From: Salpingoeca rosetta
Lineage: Eukaryota; Protista; Choanoflagellata
Length of the DNA stretch: 15,953 nt
Assembly (NCBI GenBank): GCA_033442325.1
Contig: JAWQFM010000002.1
Coordinates: 2,824,354 to 2,840,306 of the forward strand
Direction of reading: 5' to 3'
Notes under the pieces: model-generated
Told to the model about the DNA's origin: nothing
Seen by the model: the letters and a program-made list of their open reading frames with translations, nothing else
Database searches by the model: none
Shown: one piece after another, positions 1-10,637 of the stretch
How positions within the stretch are numbered: the first letter of the stretch is position 1
Layout of the letters: every line of letters starts with the position of its first letter
Made by a program: the position numbers and the translations under genes

Positions 1-113
1 ATGTACACATGCACGCCAACACATCAGAGCAGACATTGGCTGTGGGGTGGTTGCACTGACGTGTGTCTCACATGAATCAATCACACAACCCAATGTGTGT
101 GTGTGTGTGTGCA

Positions 114-2431
114 GGCGGACGTTGTGTGGGTTTCCCCAACCGAATCCCCTTCCTTCTTTTCCCAACCAATCGCCTCTGCTCTGTGTCATCATCTTCATCA
201 GCCTTCCCCATGTGATGTGGAGCTGTTGAGGCGTGATCGAGACAGCGGCCAACACAGGTATTGCAGCAGTGGTGGATATGGTGGATGTGGTGATGTTTTG
301 TGCCTGCCTGCTTGCTTGCTTGTTGGATGCTTGCTTCGTTGTTCTTGTGTGTAGGTGATGCACCCCGCCCACAACATGCTGCATATTCCCATGCGTGGTC
401 CCTTGTGTCCCTCCTTTCGTGTTCTCACCATCACCGGTCGTTGTTGTTCGTCTCTGGTTGGTTTCTCCTTGCCTCACAGGCACGCAGGCAGACATGCAAG
501 CTTGTGCTGGTGCTGCTGGTGCTGCTGTGATGATGGCCGTGCGTGTGCATGTGCGCTGTGCGCCGTGTTTGGGGCTGCACCGATGAAGACAAGGAAGGAC
601 ACGGCCCGTGCCCACCACTCTTCCCCCTTCATCTCCTCTTTCTGCTCCATCAGCGATGACGATGGTGGCCGTGGCATGTGATTGCGGTTCCCTTTTGTTC
701 TGGCTTCGCTGTGGCACGTTGTCTGGCTGGCTGGCTGCATCAAGCACAGGTGAGGATGATCGTTGATGGTTGGTTGGTTGGTGGTGGGCTGAGTTGTGTT
801 GAGTGGTGGGAACCAGGGGGAGGAGGGAAGTGACACGGTGATGGTGGTGGTGGTGCGACGTGGGAGTGCAGAGCGAGAGGGAGATGGAAGGGAAGTGATG
901 GAGGGTGATGATGTTGGTCGGGGGATGGGGGTGCGTGTACACATACATGCACGTGATATCGTGTGGTGGTAATATCACATGACAATGACGCACACATCAG
1001 TGGCTCATTCCTTTTGCTTGTACCTGTGATTGTGATTGCGTGTGATTGTGATGATGACTGCAGCAGGCAACACACGGCGGTGATGCTGGATTGGATTGGC
1101 TGGGGTTGACTGGCCGTTGTGTCGTGTCGCCCATTTCTCTCTCCCTCCGTTACTCAGCTCAACTGGGAACACGGCAATGTGTGCGTTTGTGCGTGTACAT
1201 GTGTGTGCATCGCCATCAACCACGCCGACAGCGATACGATGCACGAGGTGAGGGCACGCAATGCTGTGCGTGTTTGGTGGAAGGGGGTTGAGGGAAGTGG
1301 TGGGAAGGCGTTCATCATGGCCATCATCACCACCACGGCTGTGTATCTGGCCATGTGACCGTGCATTTGGGAGGATGGAGATGGGGAGAGGGATGTTGTC
1401 GTTGGTTGTCGTTGTGGTGGTTGTGTATGCATTGCTGTGCATGCGTGTGCATGGTGCACCGTCTCACTCTACAATGCCATGTGTGACTGTGTGTGTGTGA
1501 CTGCAGATGTGCGTGCGCGTGTGCGCATATATCAGGCAGATGTGTTGATCGACGACGAGGTGAGTGTGTGTGTGTGTGATTGTGGTTGACCTTTGTGTGC
1601 TTGTGCCATCACAACTACACAAAACAACAAGCACATCATCATCATCATTCCACCCCATATGTTGTTGTGTTGTCGACTCACGCATGGCATGCTCACATCA
1701 CCCCTTCCCCTTGCTTCTCTCTCTCTCTCTCTGCTGCTGCACCCNNNNNNNNNNNNNNNNNNNNNNNNNNNNNNNNNNNNNNNNNNNNNNNNNNNNNNNN
1801 NNNNNNNNNNNNNNNNNNNNNNNNNNNNNNNNNNNNNNNNNNNNCTGCAAGGCCTGTGGAGCCTGCGTTGCATTCACACACACAGTGCTGTTCCCCTCTC
1901 CTCTTCTCCCCCTTCTTCTTGTCTCATGAAAACCAACCAACCAAGCAACCAAGCAACCAAGCAAGTCCGCCCTTCAACAAGCAAACGCAAAAAAGCAAAC
2001 AGCAGTTGCCGCAGCAGTGGGCGATTATTTGTGGCATCTTCCACAAATCGCCCAAACACGAACCAACAAGACCAACACACACAAACAAGCAACAGGCGAA
2101 ACGCGAAACGCGAATCAAGGTGCGTGTGTTTGAGTGGGTGGTGGGTTGCGTTGTTTGTGTGCGCGGCTGGCGCAGGGTTGGTGGAGAGGAGGGAGAGGGT
2201 GCGCGTTGTGACGGGCACTCATTGGCGGTCCTGTTGTGGGTGGTCTCGTTTGGTTCCATGGATTGTGTGGGGTGTGGTGGGTGATGGTGTGATGGTGCAC
2301 AGGTGCAAGCAGAGAACACGCACAGCAGCGCCCACACCATGGATGTGTGCAGCGCCAAAGGCATGCAAGGCGTTGCCCACGGTCGGTGAGGCTGACATAT
2401 GTGCTGCACAGGCCCATGGCACGCTGGCACC
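114..2431 (+). pseudogene. Scattered exon-like segments with AG/GT boundaries; possible degenerate gene or unresolved spliced gene
   Basis: Segments flanked by polypyrimidine-AG and GT: 201-258, 355-436 plus 480-586 (..PSFRVLTITG/TQADMQAC..), 1158-1247 (LNWEHGN..INHADSDTMHE), 1507 or 1536-1559 (..ADVLIDDE|GTGAGT) and about 2303-2431. Splice phases do not join into one clean ORF, a gap lies at 1745-1844, and no family is confidently recognised. Confidence 0.2.
1745..1844. other. Assembly gap (100 N)
   Basis: Run of exactly 100 N, a typical placeholder of unknown true size. Confidence 0.99.
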
Positions 2432-5047
2432 GTGAGTTTGGGTGAGTTCTGTCGGTTGGTTTGACTGCTGTGTTGGTGCGTGTGTTTGTGTGTGAAGGAG
2501 AGAGAGGTGGGACGTGGCTGTGGTGGGTGTTGTGATCTCACACGCACTCCTGCTGCCGTGGATGCATTTGGCTCACGCACGCACAGAGAAGGATGATGGG
2601 CTGCATCGACCCACACACACGTTTGTGAACACACACACGCGTGAACACGCATGCTGACAGGCAGTCTGATGCCACCTCACGGTGCGTTGCACTTGCATGT
2701 GCGTGACTGTGCATGTCGTTCATGCTGTTTCTGCTTGTGATTCACACTGTGTATGTGTGTGATGGCTGCTTGCTTCCCTCTGTCTCACACGCCTGTGTGT
2801 GTATTGATGGTGACACACACGCAGACACACACACAGTGGGTGTGCGTGCAGACACACATGCCCACACAGACAAGACAGGCAGGCACAGCAGGGCATTCTC
2901 TTCCTTCTCTCCTTTGCCGCCATCACCGCTGGTGCATGAATGGACCAGTGGATGCAAGGGGTGTTGGATGATGCTGGATGGCTGGCTGATGTCCTTCCCT
3001 TGGTGCGTGTGTGTGTGTGTGTTGCACCCCTGCTGCTCGCTCTTGTTTCCCCCCTTGTTTGTGTCTGCTTGTGTTTGTTGTGGGTTGCTGCTTCGCTGTG
3101 TGCTTGTGTGTGTGTGTGTGTGTGTGTTCACCACAACCACGTCGTGTGCGCCCATCACCATCGTCTGTGCTCACGCACCTTCCATCTCTCCCTTTCTTCT
3201 TCTTCTTCTGCTCCCTTCCCTCTTCCCTCTTTGTCATCCCCTAACATGCACACGCATGCGCACATACGGACTCTTGTGCAGGGGGGAGTGCAGGCTGTTT
3301 GTTGGAACACATGGCAAGGCACGCACAACCAAGCAAGGACACGAGCAAGAAAGGGCACAGGACAAGCAAGCAAGACGTGGGGCTGCCATAGACCACGCAC
3401 CTCGTTGGAGAAGGAGGAGAGCGTGAGCGGGTGGCGTTGCATTGTGTTGTTGTGTTGTTGTGTTGTGTTGTTGTTGACAGCGTGCACGTCTCTCCCCTTG
3501 TGTCCTTCTGCCTTCCTCCCTCCTTTTCCTTTCCCTTTCTTTCTCTGTTCTCTCTTGCCACAGCATACACACTGCTGCTGCTGCTGTTGTTGTTGTTGGC
3601 TGAAGGTGATGATGGCGGCTGATGGGGGGAGTGAAGCGGCGTGGCGTAGCATGGAGCTGTCGCTTGTTGTGTGTGTGTGTGTGTTGATTGCAGTTGATAT
3701 GGTGATGCTTTCTCGCCTGTTCTTGCCACGTGTGTGTGTGCGTGTATGTGCTTGCTTGCTGTCGTGTTGCTGACATGTAGTGGAAACATACAATGCAACA
3801 CGCATGCGCAGCTGTGTGTATCGTGTGATGCTGGTGGTGGTGGTGTGGATGGGTGTTGATGGTTGCAGTGAAGTAAACACAGTGTGTGTTGTTGTGTTGT
3901 GGATTGGGTTGGTGGTGAGCTGGGCATGTGGCTGTGGGGTGGGTGTTGCATGCAGGTGAGGACAGCAGCAGCAGCTGTGTGCGTGGGGATGGGGGAAAGG
4001 ATGAAGCGAGTGATGATGGCAGCGACTGGTGGTGGATGTGAACAGGGCTGATGGTGAAGAAGGCGGCAGTGTGGGCTTGATGGGTTTATGATGTGTTGCA
4101 ACACATGCAGCATGAAACATGAACGAGGCAGGGAAGGGAAGTGAAGGGGAAGGAGTGGCGGCACAAAGTAGTGAACAGGGACAAGGGAAGGTACGCAAGC
4201 ACATGGAAACAACAGCAGCAGTGGCAAGAATTGAAACAAGACAGGAGGGGTGGTGGAACGCAGGTGAAATAGACAAACAAGGCTTGTGGTGACAAGGTGG
4301 TGAAAGAAAGGGACGAAGGGAAGCACAAATGCACACAGTGGGTTGGTTGTGGCGCTGTGCTGTGATGAAGTGAAGGACGAGTGATGTTGTGTGCAGAGGT
4401 GCTGTGTGGTGGTGAGTGGATGGAAGAGAGGGAGAGACGAGGATCTGGGTGAAGCATGTGGCCACAAGTGCAAAGCAACAATGCAACACATGGAAAGTGG
4501 AAAAGCGAAGGGAAGAGAGAAGGAAGCAAGTGTGAGTGAAGGGTGAGACAAAGGGACGAAGCGGCACATGCATGGATGTGTTGTGTTCTGTTGTATTGTG
4601 ATTGTGGAGGTGGAGCAAAGGAAGCAGAAGCACAAACATTGCAAGCAGTAGCAAGCGTGCACGTAGAGAGAAGGTAAAGTGGGAAGAGGAGAAGGCGATT
4701 GCAGCGAGCTCCTTACGCACCTGACCATATCGCTGCTGGAGGCGAGAGAGGAAGCGCAGGTGATGTTGGAGAGTGAATCCAAGAGCAAGAGGGAGCGAGG
4801 CGATGCTGCTGAGTGAAGTGGCGTGGAGTGGAGTGGAGTAAAGGGGGTAACAGAGCGGTGTCTCGGTGTGTGAGTGATGGTGTGGATTGATAAAGGGTCG
4901 ATTGCACATGCGTGCAGGCATGGTGGGTGATGCTGTGACACAGTGGGGAGTGAGTGGAGGAGTGTTGTGAAGTGAACAGGGTGGAAGCAAGGGCAGTTGC
5001 GGGTACTTGCAAGCAACACGCACAGAGCAAGCAAGCGTACGCACGAG

Positions 5048-5775
5048 GTGTCTGCAGCGAGTAGACGGATTGTAGTGGAGTGGATTCAATGCAAGTAGGA
5101 GAGGTCGTGAGTGCTTGCGCGTGGGTAGAGGGATGTCGTGGAGTGAATCCCATGCAAGTAGGGGAAGTTGTGAGTGCTTGCGAGTGAGTAGACGGATGTA
5201 GTGGAGTGAATCCAATGCAAGTAGGAGAAGTTGTGAGTGATTGCAGCCGGATTGTAGTAGAGTGAATCCAAAGCAAGCAGGATGAGTTGTGAGTGCTTGC
5301 GAGTGAGTAGACGGATGTGGTGGAGTGAATCCAGTCGAAGCAGGAGAAGTTGTGAGTGTCTGCAGTGAGCAGAGGGATGTCGTGGAGTGAATCCAATGCA
5401 AGCAGGGTATGTTGGAAGTGTCTGCGAGTAACACAACAGTGAGTAGACGGATGTAGTGGAGTGAATTCAATGCATGTAGGAGAAGTTGTGAGTGTTTGCG
5501 AGTGAGTAGAGGGATGTTGTAGAGTGAATCCAATGCAAGCAGAAGAAGTTGTGAGTGTTTGCAAGCAACACAACAGTGAGTAGAGGGATGTAGTGGAGTG
5601 AATCCAATGCAAGCACGAGATGGTGTGAGTGTTTGCAGACGGATGTAGTGGAGTGAATCCAATGCGAGCAGAAGAAGTTGTGAGTGTTTGCAAGCAACAC
5701 AACAGTGAGCAGAGGAATTGTTGTGGAGTGAATCCAATGCAAGTAGGGGAAGTTGTGAGTGCTTGCGAGCAACAC
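5048..5775. repeat. Tandem minisatellite, 11 units of 55-75 bp, consensus core GGATGTAGTGGAGTGAATCCAATGCAAGYAGRAGAAGTTGTGAGTGYTTGC
   Basis: The GAGTGAATCC-like core starts at 5078, 5141, 5204, 5260, 5323, 5385, 5459, 5522, 5596, 5651 and 5726 (spacings 63,63,56,63,62,74,63,74,55,75). Degenerate copies lie near 4762-4790, 4958-5018 and 5802-5825. Confidence 0.93.
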
Positions 5776-7431
5776 AGCGGCACTGCACAATCGCATGCCA
5801 GTGTGTTTGCAGTGAGCAGAGGATTGCTACTCATCCATTCCGCTTCAATCAGAAACACGTTCCCGTGCCTACAGGCAGTACCTATACACAAACGCACACA
5901 CACACACGTGCACACGTGTCCCTTGCGCTGCTCCTCGTCGTTCTCTGCGTGCTTGCTTGTCTCTTGTGCAATCACATGGAAACGAATCCATCCTCGCTGC
6001 TCTACTCCGCAGTTCCTCTGCTTTGCTCCTTCTTACTTCAGCGCAGCGTGCCTGCAGGCAAGTAGAAGTGCGCACAGTGCAGTGTGCTCGTGCGCACGTG
6101 TGCCTGCAAGCCAGCCACGTGGTCTTGTGCGTGTTGCTGCAGCTCATGGCATGGTGCAGTGACGTTTGCTCACTTGATCATCGGAGTAGGGAGACTGGGG
6201 CGGTGAAGTCAAAAAGGGGGTGCAGAAAAAGTGCGAGCATGTGATGAAAAAAGCCCCCAATACTGTCATGAGTAGTGTCTGAACACTGCGTCGCGATGCA
6301 CCAGTGCAGCTGCAGCTGATGTGCAGCGTACGCAAGCGAAGCAAATTGCATGCATGCAAGCATTGGTTGGTCACGAGCCAGGGGAATCTGGGGTGTGAGC
6401 AATGTGAAGAATCTTGATGCAGTGAAGCTGTGCGCACCAGCTAGATCCAGTCACAAATCTAGATCTAGCAGATTCACTGAATCTAGATTGCGGTGCTTGC
6501 AGGCAAAGTGCACGAGGGCAAAGCAGTGATTCAAACAGCTGCCGCTCGATGGATTGGCATACATGAGAGGAAGGATGCAAATGAGCAAGACAAATAAGGA
6601 AAAGAGAAGGCAAAGGCAAAGAGCCGCTGAGTAGAGGCGCAAGCAAGAGAGCTAAGCGATTGTCGCTGAGCAGGATTGCTTGCGGGCACGAAAAGCCGCG
6701 TCTGCGCCCTTGCAGCTACAACTTCTCTTTCTTCTCGGGTCTTTGTTCTGCTGACCTCTCTCTTCATTTGTATGTGTGTGTGTGCGTGTGAGTGCAGGCA
6801 AAGCGAAGCGACACAAGACTGTGTTGTGAGCACTGCTTGCACGAGCACACATGCGTGCACAGCACATGCAATGAGAACAGCACGGGCGTGTGTGTGTGTG
6901 TGGATGCTTGTGTGTGGGTGATGCGTGAGCATTGTGTGGGTGTGATGAGGCACATGTGGGGAGGCGAGCAAGCGATTGCTCGTGTCTCTGTGTGTGTTCT
7001 TGTGATCACTCGCATGAGTAAACGCATCTCTGCGACACAGAAGCAAAAGCAACACACGACATGCGCTTGTGGCGAGCAACGACTGTGTTTGCGGAAAGAG
7101 GGCGAGCTGATTGTTCAGCTTCCTCTGAGTGTGACAGTGTGAAGCGCTGGACATTTCTCTCACACGAACACGCATTGTTGGCTCTTGATTGTTCTTTTCT
7201 CCTCACGTTCACATACTCTGTGTGATGTGACGCAGCGAGACGCAGGAAGCAAGCCTGCACGCATGGTGCATTGAGACCCGGGCACAGCGATGTGCCTGGC
7301 GCGTAGATGACGTGTGTGCGCATGAAATGGCTTGCATTTTCCTTGTGTGTGTAGCTGTGCGTTGGGAGAAGGGCGATGTGCCAACATGTGTTTGTGTGTG
7401 GGGGAATGGCTGGCAGTTGCTTTGCTGCACA

Positions 7432-7531
7432 NNNNNNNNNNNNNNNNNNNNNNNNNNNNNNNNNNNNNNNNNNNNNNNNNNNNNNNNNNNNNNNNNNNNN
7501 NNNNNNNNNNNNNNNNNNNNNNNNNNNNNNN
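7432..7531. other. Assembly gap (100 N)
   Basis: Run of 100 N next to a long (AC)n tract. Confidence 0.99.
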
Positions 7532-7535
7532 GGAC

Positions 7536-7639
<104 letters not shown>

Positions 7640-7792
7640 TGCAACGAGGGAACAAACGATACGAGCGACGTGATTGATAAGGAGGGCACCTCAGCAAAGC
7701 CAGAGGAGACAAGCAGAGAGACAAACACGCACAGGCAGATTCACAGACACAGAAACACAGCCGGGCACATGGTCTGGGATGGAACGGGGATG

Positions 7793-8157
7793 CTACACCT
7801 CGTCTTCGTTGAGGAGCATGTTCGGGATACCACGCTTGATGGGGAAGGCGCGGCCTGTATCGGGACACTCAAGCTCGCCCTCAATCACCTCAATCTGGAC
7901 AAGGATGCGAGAGGGGAGGGGGAAGATTGAGGATGGGATGGTGGTGAGTGGTGATGAGTGGTGGTGATGGTGGTGGTGAAGGTGGTGGGTGCATGCAAGA
8001 ATGTGGGCGGCAGCGACAATTGCACGCACGCACACACAGACAGACAGACACACACACACAGACACACACAGACACACAGACACAGACACACACACACACA
8101 CACACACACAGACACAGACACAGACACACAGACACAGACACAGACACACAGACACAG

Positions 8158-8189
<32 letters not shown>

Positions 8190-8802
8190 CTCCAACAGCA
8201 GGTGGTGTGCGGCTTTGAGGAACTCTTGATCGCTCTCGGGGTCGTTGGGAACCGTCTGTGGCACCTTATCCTCAGACACCCCAACCTGCCATTTGGCGTG
8301 ATGCAGGGATGTGGACATGAGACACACGAAAAGGTGTGCGAAGAGCGGGTTGGCTAAGGGACGGGGAGGGGAGGGGAGGGAAAGACGACAACTCCAAGAA
8401 TCGAGGTGCATTCGCATGCAACTGGGGTGGCTCACCTGTGAGGCAGCCTGCACGACAACGGGCCATTGTATCCTGTCCAGCATGCGCACAATAAACGTTG
8501 GGTTGAAGTCTGCCTCCTTTGTCTCCACCGTTGTTGCCTGCGCGTACACGAGATGGCGAGAGGGTGGTGGAGCGGGGGAAGCGGAGGGGTGAACACAGGA
8601 CAAAGGGAGAGGCAGAGGGAGCGAAGCACAAAGCCAGCCAGAAAGCCAGCCAAACAGATCCACACACAGACACACACAGACACAGGCACAGACACAGGCA
8701 CAGACACAGACACAGACAGGCACAGACACAGACACAGACACACACACAGACAGACACACAGACACAGGCACAGACACAGACACAGACACAGACAGACAGA
8801 CA

Positions 8803-8875
<73 letters not shown>

Positions 8876-8960
8876 CGCGACTGACGTGGATGGCGAGTGG
8901 GTAGCCCTTTGCAGCGCCCTTGACGCGCGAGCGAAGCAGGTTGTGCGTCAGCAGCTTCAT
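7793..8960 (-). CDS. TRM112: Trm112/TRMT112 methyltransferase activator subunit, 124 aa, 4 exons
   Basis: Exons complement(8886-8960, 8436-8537, 8190-8285, 7793-7894), all GT-AG and phase 0. Spliced protein [25 protein letters not shown]|[34 protein letters not shown]|[32 protein letters not shown]|[33 protein letters not shown] carries the Trm112 hallmarks MKLLTHN, FNPxF, HHLLLE and CPxxGRxFPIxxGIPNMLL. An alternative in-frame ATG lies at 8966. Confidence 0.97.
8030..8187. repeat. Compound (CA)n/(CAGA)/(CACAGA)n microsatellite in TRM112 intron 3
   Basis: Read directly. Confidence 0.9.
8661..8873. repeat. Compound (CACAGA)n/(CA)n microsatellite in TRM112 intron 1
   Basis: Read directly. Confidence 0.9.
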
Positions 8961-8981
8961 CCTCATGCACAATCACAACAA

Positions 8982-9013
<32 letters not shown>

Positions 9014-9179
9014 GCAGCAGCAGCAGCAGCAGCAGCGAGTGTGGATGGCTGTATTGGGTGTCACGTGTTTTGCCCTTTTTTTCTTTCCTCTCGTGTGTGT
9101 GTGTGTGTGCGCAAACGACAGCAACGACGAAACGAAACAAGAGAGAGGAAGACGAGGAACAAGGTCGAGTGGCTGGAAG
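8961..9179. promoter_or_regulatory. Putative bidirectional promoter and 5' UTRs between TRM112 and mitochondrial IF2, with a (CAR)n tract and a CACGTG E-box
   Basis: Only 219 bp separate the divergent ATGs at 8960 (minus) and 9180 (plus). CAA/CAG tract at about 8977-9035; GTCACGTG at 9060-9067. Confidence 0.6.
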
Positions 9180-10279
9180 ATGGTTGGTGGTGCAGTGCGG
9201 GCAACACTGGCTGCCTCGGCAGTGGGCCTGCGATCCTCCATTGCTCTGGCATGGCAGCGCAACACAGGTGCGTACGTGCGTACGTGTGAACGTGTGTGTA
9301 TGAACGTGTGTGTACGTGAATGGGTACACCAATGTGTGCAGATCTGTGCGCGCACTTCACTGCACATGGACGGGTTGCATGCAGTTGCGTTGCAGTCAGA
9401 GACGGTGTTGGCACTCCCGATCTGTCCTTCTTTGCCTCCATCTTCGGTCACTCCCCCCGCCCCCACACACATGTTTGATTTGCTTCTGCACACCAGGCCG
9501 TCATGTCACTGAGCGCGTGTGCACCATGTGCAGGCAGGCGCGCCTGTTCTCCAACGACCAGAGCACAGCCAACACAAGCGAGTTCATGCGCAACATCGTG
9601 CGGCTGGCCAAGGAGAAGCGAAAGCCAAAGCAGGCGCCCTCGGGTGCTGCACGCAACAACAAGCCACGCATCGCAGATCTCGTGCGTCCAAAGGAACAGC
9701 AACAACAGCAGCAACAACAGGCGAAACAACAGGCGAAACAACAGGCGAAACAACAAGTCCCGAAGCAGGCAGCTCAGGCAAAGCAGCAGCGACAACAACA
9801 GCAGCCTGCAAAGGGCAGCAAGCCGGTAGCCCCTGCACCTGCCAAGAAGGTGGCTGGAAGCAAGAAGAAGGAACCAAAGAAGGCCAAGTATCCAACAGCA
9901 CCACGTCCACCCGTCGTCACCATCATGGGTCACGTCGGTGAGTCAGCGTGTGTGTACACATGTGTGTGTGTGCATGTGTGTGCATGTGTGTGTGTGCACA
10001 CATGGGTGTGTGTGCATGTGTGTGTACATGTGTGTGTGTGTACATGTGTGTGCATGCGTGTGTGTGCATATGGGTGTGCGTGTGCATGTGTGGTGATGTG
10101 ATCTCTGGCTCTATTGCGATACCAGTAGCACGTTCAGCCTCTCACTTGCCATGACACACCCACGTTTGTGTGCTGGTGAACAGACCACGGCAAGACGACA
10201 CTGCTTGACGCCTTTCGCGAGTCGTCCGTTGCGGCGCAGGAGGCCGGCGGTATCACCCAGCACATCGGCGCCTTTTCAG
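9180..10279 (+). CDS. MTIF2: Mitochondrial translation initiation factor IF-2, 5' part only (exons 1-3; remainder lost at the gap)
   Basis: Exons 9180-9267, 9497-9937 and 10184-10279, with GT-AG phase-1 joins consistent. Spliced ..[12 protein letters not shown]|[32 protein letters not shown] gives the IF2 G1 (GHVDHGKT) and G2 (GGITQHIGA) motifs. The N-terminus [27 protein letters not shown] is Arg/Ala/Ser-rich and acid-poor with an RxFS cleavage-like site, consistent with a mitochondrial presequence. Confidence 0.93.
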
Positions 10280-10381
10280 GTCAGCTAAGCGAGCGAGGGC
10301 GAGGAGCTTACGTATGAGCGTGCGAGCGCACGCGTGAGTGTAAGGGTGCTTGGCTTGTGGGCGAAGGGTTGCGATGCGATG

Positions 10382-10386
<5 letters not shown>

Positions 10387-10453
<67 letters not shown>

Positions 10454-10558
10454 NNNNNNNNNNNNNNNNNNNNNNNNNNNNNNNNNNNNNNNNNNNNNNN
10501 NNNNNNNNNNNNNNNNNNNNNNNNNNNNNNNNNNNNNNNNNNNNNNNNNNNNNCACTA

Positions 10559-10628
<70 letters not shown>
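10387..10628. repeat. (CA)n tracts flanking an assembly gap (N at 10454-10553)
   Basis: Read directly; the gap is exactly 100 N. Confidence 0.97.
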
Positions 10629-10630
<2 letters not shown>

Positions 10631-10637
10631 CAACATC

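Noticed and set aside
1507-1559. Ras/Rho-like fragment (RIYQADVLIDDE)
   Set aside because: Too short, with no P-loop or DTAGQ motif nearby.
5048-5775. CRISPR-like array (conserved repeat with variable intervals)
   Set aside because: The intervals are short related indel variants rather than unique spacers, the context is eukaryotic, and no cas genes are present.
3155-5788. 877-aa minus-strand ORF and overlapping 597-aa and 420-aa ORFs, superficially LRR-like (LLALDSLH)
   Set aside because: The repeat peptide switches frame with unit length, several frames are open at once, and the rest is H/T/P/C-rich translation of TG-rich DNA that lacks stops on that strand.
7890-8972. 360-aa ORF as a single long TRM112 protein
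   Set aside because: Read-through of 3n introns; the spliced 124-aa model matches the family and has canonical splice sites.
9180-10279. Bacterial infB contamination or cytosolic eIF5B
   Set aside because: Spliceosomal introns and a presequence-like N-terminus argue against contamination; GHVDHGKT and QHIGAF are IF2-type, whereas eIF5B has GHVDTGKT and QQIGAT.
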